From: Camelus ferus
Lineage: Eukaryota
Direction of reading: 5' to 3'
Length of the DNA stretch: 64,000 bases
Assembly: GCF_009834535.1 (NCBI RefSeq)
Contig: NC_045697.1
Span: forward strand, 82,090,001 to 82,154,000
The translations under genes and the position numbers were made by a program. The notes beneath the pieces are model-generated. The model saw nothing but the letters and a program-made list of their open reading frames with translations, did not search any database and had not been told where the DNA came from. Shown here one piece after another: positions 14,483-29,500 of this stretch. How positions within the stretch are numbered: the stretch's first letter is position 1; the number at the start of each line of letters is the position of its first letter.

Positions 14483-16759
14483 AGTTGAATGGTAAATTCA
14501 GTAACATAGGCAAGGGGAAACAATACAGAGTGGAATTCTCACTTCCTGCATGATCTTCCTCTTGATTCAGCCTGACTTCATGCTCTGGCTTGGAAGAGCT
14601 TATTCTCAGTTTTCTCTGATAATTTTAGTGAGGAATCAAGTACAGAACAAAGAGCTGGACTCTCTCATCTCTGGTGCCGCTTCATTTCACACAGAGGTTC
14701 TAACTACATTTTCACTTGCACCTTCTGAATATGATTTCCATCTGCCTTTGTTTATGAAACTCAGCTGTTTCATGCTTCTCTTACTTTCCATCAAGTGGTT
14801 GTCACCTTTTTCCTTTGAAAAGGCCAACATTTACTATAATATTTCTTAATGTGTTAGAAATTTTAATGTGTTGGATTTTTATTTGCTTAGTTTTTTGTGT
14901 GTTTATGTGTATTCTGGCTACAAAGTGTGATTGGCCCCATTCATATTTTTATCCACAGACATGTTTTTACTGAAAAATATTTTTCACAAATGCATATATA
15001 GTGTTCAAGTAGGAACTTCTGTCTATATAATGTTAATATGTTTGATTTAAAAGCTGTGGAACAAACTTTACAAAAAGTAGAAAATAGTTTCAATTTTTTA
15101 CAGAGAGATATTACATATATACACATCAATCCTTAACTTGATAATTCATTCAGAATAACAATCGATGCCCCCGAAATTTACTAAATATACATAATCTCAC
15201 TTAATAGACAACCAATGAACTGGCCTGCTACTTTTCCATACCCTAACTGCATGGCTATGACACAAGGTACTTTAACAATAATGGAATGAAACTAACAAGG
15301 AATTAGTTTTAATAGTTATAGAGCATTAACCCTTCCTATTTTATATATCAAGGAATGAAATTTTAATTTTACATGATTTATGCTTTGTTAGATATTTTAT
15401 TTCATGACAATTTCAAGTCATGGCATAGAGGTTTTGAAAAGATATGTGAAAGGTGTGTACAGACCATGGCTACCAAATCAATAGACCTTAAAAAACCAAT
15501 TAGTTCTTCAAATGTATACCAAATAGACAAGGTAAACATTCATATGAAAGTCATAAGTAATAAAAGTAAAGAGAAAAGAGAAAGTGATTGCTTTTCAGCA
15601 AACCTTTAAAAAAGTATAAAGCAAAACAGTCTCAAAGAAAATCCTGCAGCTTACAAAATGATTTGCCATTGCAGTGATTAATTCCTAGTTTATAATGGGT
15701 TTTATTTTCACTCTTTTGCAGTAATACATTCATTTCATGCTCAATTTATACCAGACTTAGTTGCAGAATCCTTTATAAAGATAAAGCTGAACTATATTTA
15801 ATCTTATCTTTTGAGCTATAGCAGCATGACATTCTGTAAAACTGGAAGATACTAATGCAATCTACCAATATAATACGGGCAAGAGCTGTTTTTGATCTCT
15901 AATGGAAGAAAAGATGATTTCTTTAACAACATACATAGTTTTGATATATTCTGATAGTATAGATCTATATTATCATAGTTGATTTGAATCAAATATCAAA
16001 TTTTAGAGAGTCATTAGTCCTTGCTTTTACATATATATGTATATGTATATCACTAAATTGTCCAAAAAGGAGAATGTGAGAGAATGCACCAGAGTAACAA
16101 TGGCAAGCAAGCCTCACATCCATCTTTTTAGTGTATTCCATCACTTGCCAGTTTTACAGGGAGAAAAATTGAAAACTATATGATGGAACAAAATTGGACT
16201 TTGTGAGAGGATTGTAATAATTATAGTAGGAAAAGGATTTTTTTCTTTAGGAAAATAAAGGTTGTATTTGGTAATAATGGTGTAGAATCTCATTTAGTAT
16301 GAGAGTCTTGATTAATTAACAAAAGAGTACGTATACCTCTTGTGAATGCAGGGCTAAAAAAAACACAGAAACTGAATTCTCTGTAACCTCTTTTCCAGTG
16401 TTCTTCAGCTGTTAAGTATTCTATGTTCATAGATTCCTAGAAATTATCTATATCATATTTTTAAGCAATATTGCAATTACTGGTTACTTTTTTCTCATAT
16501 TAATTTGACAGTGACATTTTTAATAGACTTTTTAAAAAATTTCTATATCCCTAAAACTTTCGAATGAAGTTGTATAAAGTGACAAATATTTGTAGGGCGA
16601 ATAAATTTGGGAAAATGAAAAAATGGATGATTTGAAAATTAGAGATAAAAATAATTTTTGTCAAGATTGAGTATTTCATTTGGAAAATGTTTCCTTCTTT
16701 CTCAGTGTGTTTTGGCAAATATAGACTATATTTATAGGTATTAATTTGTTTGGTAAGTG

Positions 16760-17650
16760 TTCAATATGGGTAAGTGCTGAAGCAACTGGACAATTTTAGG
16801 CAAAAAATAGAAACAAAAACCAAACTAAACAAAACCAAAAATAAACCAAAATAAAACTCTATAATTTACACTATATACAAAAATAAATTGAAAATGGATC
16901 ATGAATTTAAAAGTAAAATGTAAAGCTATAAAACACTTAGAAGAAAACCAAGGACCATGTACACATTGATTCAAAATAATTCATTGATTTAAATATAAAA
17001 ATTATAAAGTTTTTAGAAGAAAACCTTAGAGAAATTTTTAGACATGACAACAAATGCATAGTCAGAAATAAAAATAATTGCTAGATTCATCTTTATCAAA
17101 ATTAAGACCATTCATATTGAAAAGATCCTGTTATTAGGGTGAAAGACAAGTTATAGATTGGGCTGAAAATACTGACAAACCACATATCTGAGAAAAGTCT
17201 TGTATCTAGAATATATGAAGAACTTCTACAACTCAGCAGTAAAAGCAAACAACCAACCCAGTTAGAAAATGGGCAAAGACATAAACAGGCTTTTCCCAAG
17301 AGGAGATCCAGATGAGAAATAAACATAAAAGATGTTCAACAGCAATAGCCATGGGAGAAATATAAATTAAATCTATCACTACAGGTACAGAGATATCACT
17401 ACACACCTTTGAAACAGCTGAACTTAAAAACTAATCATAATTGTAACATCAAAGGCTGGCAAGGATGTGAAGAAACTGGATGCCTTGTATGTACATTATG
17501 GGAATGTATAACAGTATAGCCTTTCTGGAAAATGCTTGATAGTTTCTTGTTAAACCAAGCATGCATTTATCTTAAGACCAAGCAATTGTACTCTGGAATA
17601 TTATCTCAGAGAAATGACAACTCAAGTTCACAAAAAACTTGTGCATCAAT
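16760..17650 (+). mobile_element. Old L1 ORF2 3' fragment(s) (L1MC-like)
   Basis: aaaatggatcatgaatttaaaagtaaaatgtaaagctataaaacacttagaagaaaac; aaccacatatctgagaaaagtcttgtatctagaatatatgaagaac; ggcaaggatgtgaagaaactgga. Confidence 0.85.
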
Positions 17651-19089
17651 GAAACTGGCACCTACATTAAGAAAGAGAACATTTCACCTTACAAGAGCCT
17701 TGTTTGTAACTCTGTTCTCCCACAGTGAGGAATTTAGTTATTATCCTTATTTGATTATTATAAGTTTATTTATTGGATCCATCCCACTGTGTATAAACAA
17801 CGTCTCATCCCTTCTGGTTCCCTCCTTCTGTTCTTGGGTTCTGACAGTCTATGCTCTGGAAATACACGCTGGGCTGTCCCTATTATTTCCACTCCCTGCC
17901 CCTCATGAATACACGCTTTGTCCCCTTCCCACCACTTGAACTCCAACATCTCACACTGGGCAACACAGATTCCTCTATTTTCTTTTTGTGTAACTTTGAA
18001 TTTTTCTTAAAGTAAAATATTTCAGTTCTCTAAAATCATGCATGTAAATTATGTAGAGGCTGAGAATCTACCTCTACCCTTGGAAAACATTTAAGACAAG
18101 GAGATCCAAATTACTGCTTCTTTTTTGTCAAATTAGGCTAGTTTCCTGTTATTAAGTAGAGAATAAAACACCATCAAGACTGCAGCCCATGCAGAGCACT
18201 GATGAGTCTTCCAAAGATTCTGGGTGAACTCTAATCTATCTGTCCTAGCTAAAGTTTTCAAAAATCACACTGCCAGTTACCACTACCATCTTTTCCATAC
18301 TCTTGCTTTCTTTCTCATGGTTATCTGTGCTTCCTCTGTTCCTAACCAAGCTTCTCCCTATCTCCTCTCTCTAAATTTATTTCACAGTATATTTTGGACT
18401 TCCTGTCTCTTGGTAAAAAATCTTCCTTTCTTAATTTTCTCCCTCTACAGTCCCTTCATCTCATTGTAATATTAGCAACTAGGTTCTTCCTCTCCTATAC
18501 TCTCACGGTAAAGCTATTGTTCTCATATAACCTTTTTGACTAAAATTTGAAAGTTGGTAGTTCAAATGCCCTTGATTAGACCTCTCCTCATCTATGTTTT
18601 GTAAAATAGTCTTTCTTTAAGATTCATTCCACCAGCTACAGCACCCTTCTTTACCTTCTAACTTATTGTCAGATAAACTGTATTGCAGGATTTGGAGCCT
18701 ATGTTATGCCTCACTCTCTAGTAAAATACATGTCCTCATTTGTGCAGACTTTGAATTCCATATGGAATTTCTAACAATATACAGACACTTAATGACTGGT
18801 CACTATCACATTCATACTGATACTGCCCACTGTTCTTTCTCTTAAGTACACCTGTACTCATTTTAATAACATGAGCCTCTCTCTCATGTTTCTACAATAT
18901 CTTGCTATCTTTGCATCCCATCCTTCTTCTTCAGTGATCCCCACATATTTGGCCTTTTGAGAATTTCAGTTCTGAATTGGATATCTGGGTTTATTACTTT
19001 TTTTAATTTATCTACTCTCCTTTTTTTTTTTAATGTCATGTACTTGGCTCCTCCTGCTCTTCTATTTATTTTCTCCACCTTTATTTGTT

Positions 19090-19600
19090 TTTAGCTTTCC
19101 AGCTAGGCTACCTGGTATATCACTCAAACACTTTTCATCAAATACTTCATCCATTTTTCTCATTTTACGTTTTCAACTCATCTGGAAAAAATCCAGCCCT
19201 GGGAAATTCCAAATGTGCATTTTCTGGGCCACTCTGAGGCTGCTGTATACTACCACAATAAATCATAGAACCTTAAAGACTGTTGCCACCATAAAATTTA
19301 AAGAGTTCAACTTCATGTTTGCCTCCAATATTGCAGAACAACCTTCTGTTTTCTTCATCAGCTCTTTCTAATTTTTTCACAACGCTCCTTAAAAAGTTTC
19401 CAAACACTTTAAACTTCTGACCCTCCAAATTCTTTTCTAACACTCAGCAGATAAACTTGCTTTCTCCTTGCTAAGAAAATAGGCACCAATTTCCTGCCAA
19501 CAGACCTACAAATTTACTTCTGTTGGCACTAGTAAATCTACTTTCTGTTGCTGATCTTTCACTCATATGCTGGATGCCTTCCTTCTCCTGGCAATTTAAG
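19090..19600 (+). mobile_element. LINE-2 fragment
   Basis: Pyrimidine-rich, with ctcagcagataaacttgctttctccttgctaagaaaatagg resembling the L2 ORF2 region. Confidence 0.55.
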
Positions 19601-19684
19601 GAATTATAACTTAATTGTACCATTTCCTTCTTTTAAATTACGATCTCTTGCTAGATAAGCCTGAGCAGAAACTCAAATTGCTCT

Positions 19685-20545
19685 CCATTACAACTCAATG
19701 CAATTCATGCTTCTGGATTAGATTCCAGATTAGGAAAAAAAAAAAAAAAAAAGGTCTAAAAGACATTACTGAGACATTTAGAGAAATTTGCATATCTGCT
19801 GAGTATCTGTTAGTAATATTTCACCATTAATAAATTTTCAGATTCTGTCTTGCCTTTATTTATTCATTTGCTTTTATATTGCAATATCTTTCATTTTCTC
19901 AGTGTTACAGTGTTGATTTTGATAAATAATTTGTTGATGCTATGTAGTTTCTCCATGTAGCAGCCAAAATTCAGATATTTGATCCCTAATTCCGTCTCTG
20001 AGATTAGAAAGAGCTACCAAGTTTTTCTAAGACTTATTTCCATATAAAAGAAGGTCTTCATTATCAAAGATGTCACCTCTTTTCTCTTTCTTCATCTACT
20101 TTGTTATTTTGTTTAATTTTCTTTTTGTCTCATGTCATCACCATCTTCATCCATGTTTAAACAGTAGGTACTAATTTTGGACATACCTCAGGGTTAGTAT
20201 TAGCTTATTCATTTAAAAAATATTTACATTTGTATAAATTTTTACTGTAATTTTAAAACCAAATAATCAAAATTTTTACTGTAGCTTTAAATTGAGGAAT
20301 CTACAACTTGTTGAGATTAATTGATTTTCTCAAGATTACATATTTAGGAATCTGGGCCACATGAATTTGATAATTGCAAAGTAGTTATTTATGAGAATGT
20401 CATCTTTTTCTTAGGCAAAATACACTGAAGTATTTGTAGGTAAAGAGATGCTAATGATTGATAAATCTAGATGAAGGGTATACAGATATTCTCAATATTT
20501 TTAACATTCCTTTATATGTCTCATATTATTTAAAAATTAAATCTA
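19685..20545 (+). mobile_element. Old L1 3'UTR pieces (L1MC4/L1ME-like) at about 19685-19830 and 20360-20545
   Basis: caactcaatgcaattcatgcttctggattagattcc..aaagacattactgagaca; aatacactgaagtattt..aaatctagatgaagggtatacagatattc. Confidence 0.6.
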
Positions 20546-20876
20546 GAAAATTAATTGTTCTTGACCCCAACTCTCTATCTCTCTCTTCTTCATCATGGTC
20601 AAACTTAATAGGTTTGTCTGTATTTGATACTTTATCACTTACTTCCTTCTTACTGTACTTACTTCTCATTGTCATTTTAATAGATTCCATCCCCAGGAGT
20701 CTGTTGAAACTTATCAGTCATTTCCACATTGATATAGATTGTTTTGATTTTTACCTAATCTGCAGGTTGATCGTGAGAACAGATTGGATAAGAAATTGTG
20801 AAATGTAAGTTTACAACTTCAGCCACAAGGAAACATATTTATTTAATTCTTTACATGATATGATATAGCTGAAATC

Positions 20877-21219
20877 TGATTTAATCAGGATTCTCCAGAG
20901 AACCAGAACCAATAGGGGAGAATCTGTGGGATAGACTATTAGGCTGCAGACCAAGGAAAAAGTTAATGTTGCAATCTCAAGTCCAAAAGCAGTCTGCAGG
21001 CAGAATTCCTTCTTTTTCAAGGTACCACAGTCTTTCTCTTAAGGCCTTCAACCTAAGGCCAGGATGAGGCCCATCCACATTATGGAGAGAGGGTCGTTTG
21101 CTTTACTTAGAGTCTACTGATTGAAATGTTAATAACATCTAACAAATATATTCTGGTGCTTGACTAAACATTTGGGCATTAGAGCCTAGCCAAATTGACT
21201 CATAAAATTAACCATCATG
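20877..21219 (-). mobile_element. ERVL solo LTR (MLT2-like)
   Basis: caggattctccagagaaccagaaccaatagg at the left end; gcctagccaaattgactcataaaattaaccatca at the right end. Confidence 0.88.
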
Positions 21220-21632
21220 GATGTTAATTTCTGTTTCCTATTTTGTATGAAAATTATTTTCTTTTAGTTAGATTTGAATGGATGAGAATAACTTCAATAC
21301 ATATTTGTGCCATTATCATACATAGACTCCTGGGGTTTCTTTTTTGAGTCTGTAACATACAGTGTTGGTTAGGCAGACTGATTATTTCTTTATTTGACTA
21401 AATTTGTGAGGATTATCATATTTCCAGGATTACCAGAACACATTATTTTACATCAGAAGTCAGACAATGGGGGATGAGCAACTTTTCATTTGTCTGGCAG
21501 GGGAACGTTATCTGTATTATATAGTTTCAAGTAACATTTAAAATAAATCAAATGGATTAACTTTTTCTTCCATTTGATTCCTTTTCATGAAATGAAAAAC
21601 ATCTCATTTGTCTGATTTAAATGCTTTATTCC

Positions 21633-22003
21633 TATGTTTGTCAGTTTGGGCTGCTATAGCAAAGCACCATAAACTAGATATCTTACAAACAACAGAAATT
21701 TATTTTTCATGGTTCTAAAGGCGGGAAGTTCATGATCAAGGCATCTGCATGGTTGGGTTCTGCTGAGGTCCCTCTTGCAAGTTGCAGACTGCCATCTTCT
21801 CATTTCCTCACAGGGCAGAAAGAGGACTTGAAGCTCTCTGGGGTCTCTTCTGTGAGAGATCTAATCCCATTCATGAAGGCTCCATTCTCATGACCTAATT
21901 ACTTCCCAGAGGCCCCACCTCCTAAATACAATCACATTAGGGGTTGGAATTTCAACACATAAATTTGGGGGAAGATAGAGGAATAAACCTTCAATTCATA
22001 ATA
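21633..22003 (-). mobile_element. MaLR solo LTR (MLT1A-like)
   Basis: gggctgctatagcaaagcaccataaact; ctaatcccattcatgaaggctccattctcatgacctaattacttcccagaggccccacctcctaa. Confidence 0.9.
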
Positions 22004-24459
22004 TATCTTTTGAAGTTTTAATATGTTACCTAAGATAATGGTGTATATGTAAAACTTAAACACATTCAAGTTATCTTGCATCTTTTTAGTGTATTTAAAT
22101 ATATCAAATAACATTTTTTTAGACAGGAAAGCAAGAATCTCTTCAACCAGAACAATGATAATCTAACAATATATAAGTAATGAATTTACTTGGACAAAAT
22201 GGAACAATTATAACTAGGTTAAGATCATTTTTGAACTTAGCAGTGTTAAAAAAAAAAAGGAAAATGTATATATAATCCTAAGAAAAGGCTTTAAAATGCA
22301 CAAAAAATTTATGCTTTCTTTCTCTTTTTATTAACATTTTTATTGCTATAATTGAAGTATTTAATTTTAGGTGCTGATGCTATATGAGAGGTTAATTGAC
22401 TCAGACCCTGCACTTAGTGAAATGTCACATAAAGATGGGTGCTAAAACTTCCAGTAATAGTTGTTTTCTATGCTACAGTACATTTTTTCTATGTTGCCAT
22501 TCTTTGAGATGCTTGTGCTAAGTATTTATAGTTTAAATAGCTTGAATGTTTGAGTACTGCATACAAAAGTATTGACTCTTCAGTAGGTTTGAAATATAAA
22601 ATAAATTTAGTGATTCTGTTTATATAACTACAATCTAATACTATTAATTATTATTTATGTTTTTTAAATTAATCTTTTTTCTAGCTTTGTTTGATGTTTT
22701 TGAATGAATTCAAGGAGATGACTAGTTCTAGTGTCTAGTGTCACACATTAGACTGTGAAATTGGATGACTGGTATTCATCTATGCAGAAAATATTATTCT
22801 AGCATCTACTATGTGATGTGATTATAGTAAAACTTACTGCTATTACTGTAGACAGCTAAAACTGATGTGATACTCAATTAAAGTTGTTAGTCAAATCAAT
22901 AAAAGCATCACAGAAACACTTCCAATTGTTGTTCAGATAAGTATTTAATTTGCATGTAAATAGTTAGTGTTAGTTAATTAAATGTCAGTAGGTTCTTCAA
23001 GATAAATTATTGATATTTCTCTGTAGTTAACTCAGAAACATGTTGTAAGAATTTTGCAAGAGTTTTGTTTAGACATTATGTCAAGTGATCTAGTCAACAC
23101 AAATAACTATTTCTGATTTAGCTAACAGTGAACCCAAAATGGCTCCTTGGGTACTTAATTTTAATCAAATATTTAACAGAATGTAATTTTATCATTGTGC
23201 AAACTAGTGGCATCTGGTATAGTATTTAATCAATAATAATATCTCTATTTTATTGCCTAAATAATGCAATATCCATTGATAATTTAAAAATATTTATTAT
23301 ATGCCCAAAAGAATAGATTTACTATTTTTCTAGTGGCATTTTTTGAGTTAATAAACATTATGTTTTCAAAAATACTACCAGTTTCCAATTCATAAGGAGG
23401 TAAAATATTCATTGTCTACTTGAGTGGCCTAGACAGAAATCCTAAGAATACAAATCAATGTTAGAGAATTTAAAATGTTGAAAACCAATCATCTCCAGAA
23501 TTGTTCGGTTTTCTGAATATGCTTACCTTGTGTACATTGATCTTGAAATCCTTAATTGTAATAATATTAGGAAATCAATTCATAGTTACATTAAAAGTTA
23601 AGATTTGCTAAGAAGATGAAGACGTGAAGTTTACTGGTCTAGTATAATTGTAAACCACATCTTATGAACTTTCATAGTACTTGTATCTGCTTCTGTTAAG
23701 AAAACTCATTTTTTTCCATTTCATTACTTATATCTTGATTAGTTTTGGTGATCAGTCAATGTCTATAGCTTGAAAGAATGAGTGAAATCTCCTTTTTCTC
23801 TTCCAAACTTAAGTAGTTCTGAGTATTTCTTTGGGGACAAAGCTTTTAGATACCTAATTTTTGCCTCATGGTATCATTAATTCAGTCATTTAACAAATAT
23901 TCATTGAATGCCAATTATGGCAAAAGTCTGCGGTGGCATCTGTTTGAAACTGAAATTCATGAATGCCCACATTTGTAAATTTTGAACAAAACAATAAAAA
24001 TAAATGAATAAATAGATAGATAAATATTATAACCCTGTCTATAGGACAGAAAAATAAAAATGCATTTTAAAATTCTTGTCCTCTCTATTGCATTTTTCTC
24101 TGCTTTGTATATGTAGATAGTTAGGCATATATGCATGCATGTATGTATTTAGTAAGGCAGACGTTTCACTGAGTGGGTCAAGAGTGTTTATAACCTCAGA
24201 AGTACAAATTCCAACATTTTGTTACATTTGTTTTGCAACAATAATAAAAGCCCCAGTAGTTCTAGGCATGGAGGGGGCAAATGCAGTTGCTAATAAAAAT
24301 TTTACATTGGAAACTGCTTTGAGATATTTTCATCTTTAACATTTTTTCAATAATTATGGGAGGTAGCTAATATACATAAGTTTCTATGAAGTATACTACA
24401 AGTAATAAAAAATGATAAAAGTGATGGCCAGTATCCTGAGGGATTTCTGAGACTTGCAT

Positions 24460-24562
24460 ATATGCGTTTGTGTGTGAGTGTGTATGAAAAAATATGTGAA
24501 AGTGTTTGTTAGTGTGTCTGAGTTTTTGTGTATGAGCGTGTATGCGTGTCTGTGTGTATGTT
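24460..24562. repeat. Degenerate (TG)n tract
   Basis: Interrupted tgtgtg/tgtatg repeats. Confidence 0.7.
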
Positions 24563-25729
24563 TAAGGGGGAGTTGTTCATAATGAGTGACTCTGGACAAG
24601 TTACCTACCCTTTTTAGTAGAGTGAGCCATCAATTACATGCAAATTGATCTTTGTATGGAGGACAGTATGGTAACACTGTTGAAATTAAGTTAATAAGTA
24701 ATTATGAGGAGAAGAAGAACTTGTTCTTTTAAGCTTAAGGGAGGTCAGAATTTAATAGAAGGTTAGGTTTTTGCAGAGATGCTTAAAGCACCCTGTTTTT
24801 GTTTTCTTTTTGTTTGTTTTCTTTGTCTCATAGCAGGTTGTTTTCCATTCTCCCAGGATTATAATGGGTTTGCTTTCCCTAAACACCTTTTGGCTCTGCT
24901 TCCCTAGCCATACCCTCACCAACTGCTAAAGAAGAATATAACTTGCTTTAAGTGTACAGAAACCAGGTTGTTGGTAAATTGCTGATGCTGGCTTCAGGAC
25001 AGAAAACTCAGTATGCCACCAAGAAGTAATGCCCTCTAATCTTTTTATAGGCACCAAATGAGTAATGTGGATATAAAAACCATGGTGAAAATAGTTACAA
25101 AAATATTGTTTTCATAGAAACCAAAGTGTCTGGGGATCTGAATGCTTTTGGACACTTATATGGGAATATCTGTTTTCATAAATATTCCTGGAATACTTGA
25201 GGCAAACTTTTTAAAATCCTTTTTACCTATGCCCAGACAGCCACTCCTATTCAGAAAATATTTTAACTTCTCAGAAGGAATTCAGAAAGACAGATAATCC
25301 TGAAATAAACTCCTTAATGCCAGAGAAGGTCAGGAGAAGAGAAGTTAACAAAAGTCAACTGGTTTGCGAAATCATAGAAAATATAGCTCTAATTATTATT
25401 ACTGCTGGGTTTCTGCGACTTTGCTTTATAAGAAGGATCAATCATTTGGAAAGACAGGTCAGTAGAGCCATAGCCAAACTTTCTTCCTTAGAAATATTTT
25501 CCCTTCCTAGTTTTTTTTTTCTTCTAGATAATAGAATTGAAAGCAAATGTTTGCAGAATATTCACAGAGTGAATAAATTTAGTGCAAAAAATTTAAAAAA
25601 ACCAATTGTTTGAAATCAAGCAACCAAAGCAGTTAATTTACCTAATTTCAATTTCTCCAGAGGACTGGATGTAACAAAAGCAACACGGTGAAATTAAAAG
25701 CTACGTTTGTCTCTCTCTTTCAATCTACA

Positions 25730-26567
25730 ACCAGTAAAACATGCAGCATAGGTGCCTTTGCCCACCATGCTAGGATTCTGGAGAATTCCACACATCTGTA
25801 CATCTGCAGGTGGATGGACTGGAATTCATAGAGGAGACAGAACAGAGGAAACAGCAGATGTGGTGCTTGCAGTCTCAGCTCCCAGGCTGCAGCAGCGGGG
25901 CCCACAGCTCCAGAAAACCCAGCAGTAGCAGGGGAGGAGGTGCACGTAACTCTAGCCTCCTGGCCACAGTGGCATCTGGGCAGCAGTGGCAGTGGGGCCT
26001 GGGGCTCCATCCCTCCAGATACTAAGGTACTCATGACTCTGTTCCCAGGCTCCTCCATCCGCAGTGGCATAGCCCACCAGCCTTATAACACTGGACATAG
26101 CAGAGGCACCCTCACAGCCCTGGATCCTCACTTCCTTCCCCCACCATGAGTCATGGGAATCTATGATTCAGGAGCTCCCAGACTCCAGGGAAGAGCCATC
26201 CCCCACCTCCCCTCATCGCAGCAATATTAGCAACACTGGCAGAGGCCAGGCACCAAAGACTCCAGAGGCATAAGAAGTGATAACGAAGGGAAAGGGTCAC
26301 ATCTCTGACAGATGAGGTAGAGGGTGGGAAAAACAGCCTCTCAAATACACCAAAAGGCAGCTCAAGATAAGAGAAAACAAATAATTGTGCTATATCATCA
26401 CCTCCTAGACAACATAAAAAGTCTCTATATTCTAACCTGTTAAATCTTAGAATCAAACAGGTGTTTGCTTCTTTAAATATAACAACAGAGGAACAACTCA
26501 TCAAAACATGAAGAACCACATTAACACTGTACCACAAAAAGAAAATGATAGATCTCCAGAAACTAAG
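25730..26567 (+). mobile_element. Old L1 5'UTR plus ORF1 start fragment
   Basis: GC-rich block ending in atgaagaaccacattaacactgtaccacaaaaagaaaatgatagatctccagaaact (MKNHINTVPQKENDRSPET), resembling an L1 ORF1 N-terminus. Confidence 0.65.
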
Positions 26568-26634
26568 AAATCAAGTGAAAAGTATGTTTTCAACTGATTA
26601 TTCTATACTACATTCCAAAAAATGTTTTTTCTAA

Positions 26635-29500
26635 CTTACTTTATATTATTATTATTTTGTTATTTTAATTGAGGTATAGTTGATTTACAATATATTAGTT
26701 TCAGGTATACAACATAATGATTTAAATTTTTTTATAGATTATATTCCATGAAAAATTATTATAAAAATTGGCTATTTCTCTTTGCTATACAATTTATCAT
26801 TGTAGCTTATTTATTTCATGCAGAGCAGTTTGTACCTCTTAATCCCTACCCCTGTCTCACCCCTCCCTCCATTGCTTTTCCCACTGATAACTGCTAGTCT
26901 GTTCTCTGTATCGGTTTCTTTTTTGTTACATTCATTTTTTTGTTTTATTTTTCAGATTTCACTTATAAATGATAGTAGATGGTAGTTGGCTTTCTCTGTC
27001 TGACTTATTTCACTAAGTGTAATTTTCTCTAGGTCTATCCACGTTGATGCAGATGGCAGGATTTCATTCTTTTTTATGGCCAAATAATAGTTCACTGTAA
27101 ATATATATACATATTCATTATCCATTCAAATGTTAATAGATGCTTAAGTTGCTTCTGTATCTTAGCTACTGTAAACAGTGCTGCAGTGAACACGGGTGCA
27201 TGTATCTTTTTGAATTAGGGTTTTCATATTTTCCAGAGTGGAGTTGGTAGATAAATGTGGTAATTCTAATTGTACCTTACTAAGGAAATTCCATAAAGTT
27301 TTTCATAGTGGTTGCACCAATTTACATTCCCACCAACAGTGTAAAAGGGTTCATTTTACTACACATCTTTGCCAATATTTATTTGTGGTCTTTTTGATAA
27401 TAGCCTTTCTCACAGATGTGAGGTGATATCTCATGGAGGTTTTGATTTGCATTACTTTGATGCCTATTGGCCATCTGTATGCCTTTACTGGAACATCTAG
27501 TCAGATCTTCTGCCAATTTTTTATTTAGGTTTTGCGTTTTTTTATATTGAGTTGTATGTGTTGTTTGTATATTTTGGATATTAACCCCTTATTGGTCATA
27601 TCATTTGCAAATATTCTTTCCCATTTTGTAGGCTGCCTTATCATTTTGTCATTGGTACTCTGTGCTGTGCAAAAGCCAGGTCCCATTTGTTTGTTTTTTC
27701 TTTTGTTTCCCTTGCCTTAGGAGACAGATCCAAAAAAAAAAAAAAAATTGCTATGATTTGTGTCAAAAAGTATTCTGCCTATGTTTTCATCTAGGAGTTT
27801 TATGGTTTCCAGTCTTATACTTAGGTCTTTAATCTATTTTGAGTTTATTTTTGTATATGGTGTGGGAAAATGTTATAATTTCATTTTTTTTTACATGTAA
27901 CTGTCTAGTTTTCCCAGCACCTCTTATTGAAGAGATTGTCTTATCCCCATTGCATATGTTTGCCTCCTTTGTTGTAGATTAGTTGACCATGAGTACTTGG
28001 GTTTATATCTGGGTGCTCTATTCTGTTTCATTGATGTATGTGTCTGTTTTTACGCCAGTATTGTGCTGTTTTGATTACTTTAGCTTTGTAGTCTAAAGTC
28101 AGGGTGTATGATAACTTCAGCTCTGTCCTTCTTTCTCAAGATTGAGAAACGGCTTTGGCAATTCAGGATCTTTTGTGTTTCCATATAAATTTTAAAATTA
28201 TTTGTTCTATTTTTGTGGAAAATCATTTGTATTTTTAGGGGCTTCACTGTATCTATAGGTTGCATTGGGTAGTATGTTCATTTTAACAATATTAATTCTT
28301 TCAATCTATGAACACTTTACAGTACAACTTTCCATCTGTTAGGTCATCTTCAATTTCTATCATCAGTGTCTCACGGTTTTCCAAGTATAGTACTTTTACC
28401 TCCTTAGCTAGATTTATTCCTAGGTATTTTATTATTTTTAATGGACTTATACATGTGAGAGTTTTCTTAATTTCTCTAATAGTTTGTTGTTGTTAGCATA
28501 TAGAAACACAACAGATGTCTATATATTAATTTTGTATCCTGCAATTTTAGCTGAATTCATTTATAAGTTTTAATAGTTTTTGGTGGCATCTTTAGAATTT
28601 TCTGTGTATAGTATCATATAATCTGCAAGCAGTGACAGTTGACAGTTTTACTTCCTCCTTTCCAGTCGGATTCCTTTAATGTTCTTTTTTGTCTGATTGC
28701 TTTGGCTAGGACTTCCCAATATTATGTTGAATAAAGGAGGTGAGAGTGGGCATCTTTTTCTTACTCCTGATCTTAGAGGAAATGCTTTTAGCTTTTCACC
28801 TTTGAGTATGATGATAACTGTGGGCTTATTGATTTTCTTTCTTGATGATCTGTCTGTTGTAAGCGCTATAGTCCCTTAGTATTATTATGTTACTTCTAAT
28901 TTCTTTGCTTATGTCTACTAGTAGTATTTGCTTTATGCATGTAGGTGCTCCTTTGTTGGGTGCATGCATATTTATAATTTCTATATCTTCTTCTTGGATT
29001 GATGCCTTTTCCGTTATGTAATATCCTTCTTTGTCTCTTGTTTTAATATCTATTCCTTTGTTTTAATATCTTTGTTTTAATGTCTATTTCTCTTATATAA
29101 GTATTGCTACGCCAGCTTTTTTGAAATTTCTATTTGCATGGAATACCTTTTTCTATACTTTCACTTTTATTTTATATGTGTCTTTAGATCTGAAGTGAGA
29201 CTTTTCTAGGTAATGTATATATGGGTCTTGTTTTTATATCCATTCAGCCACTCTATACATTTTGACTGTAGCATTTATATTTAGTCCATGTACATTTAAA
29301 GTAATTATTGATAGGTATGTACTGTTTGGGCATTTTGTTGACTGTGTTAGGGTGGTTTTTGTAGTTCTTTTTTGTTTCTTTTTGTTTCTTTTGCTCTTTT
29401 CTATTGTGATTTAATTGCTAGGAACTTCTCTGTGTGGAAAAGAAAGGCTACAACTTAGAAATATGTAAATTACAAAAAGAAAAATCCATTGTTAATGGTC
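26635..29500 (-). mobile_element. LINE-1 with internal ORF2 deletion and a short 5' inverted segment
   Basis: T-rich tail and 3'UTR from about 26635. Minus-strand RT motif GEKLKAFPLRSG..CPLSPPLFNI at about 28720-28810. Endonuclease-domain remnant at 28830-29330. Plus-strand L1 piece at about 29420-29500. Confidence 0.92.

Noticed and set aside
25720..26537. GC-rich block with several ORFs, possible promoter or exon
   Set aside because: CpG-depleted and ends in L1 ORF1-like sequence; better explained as an old L1 5'UTR.
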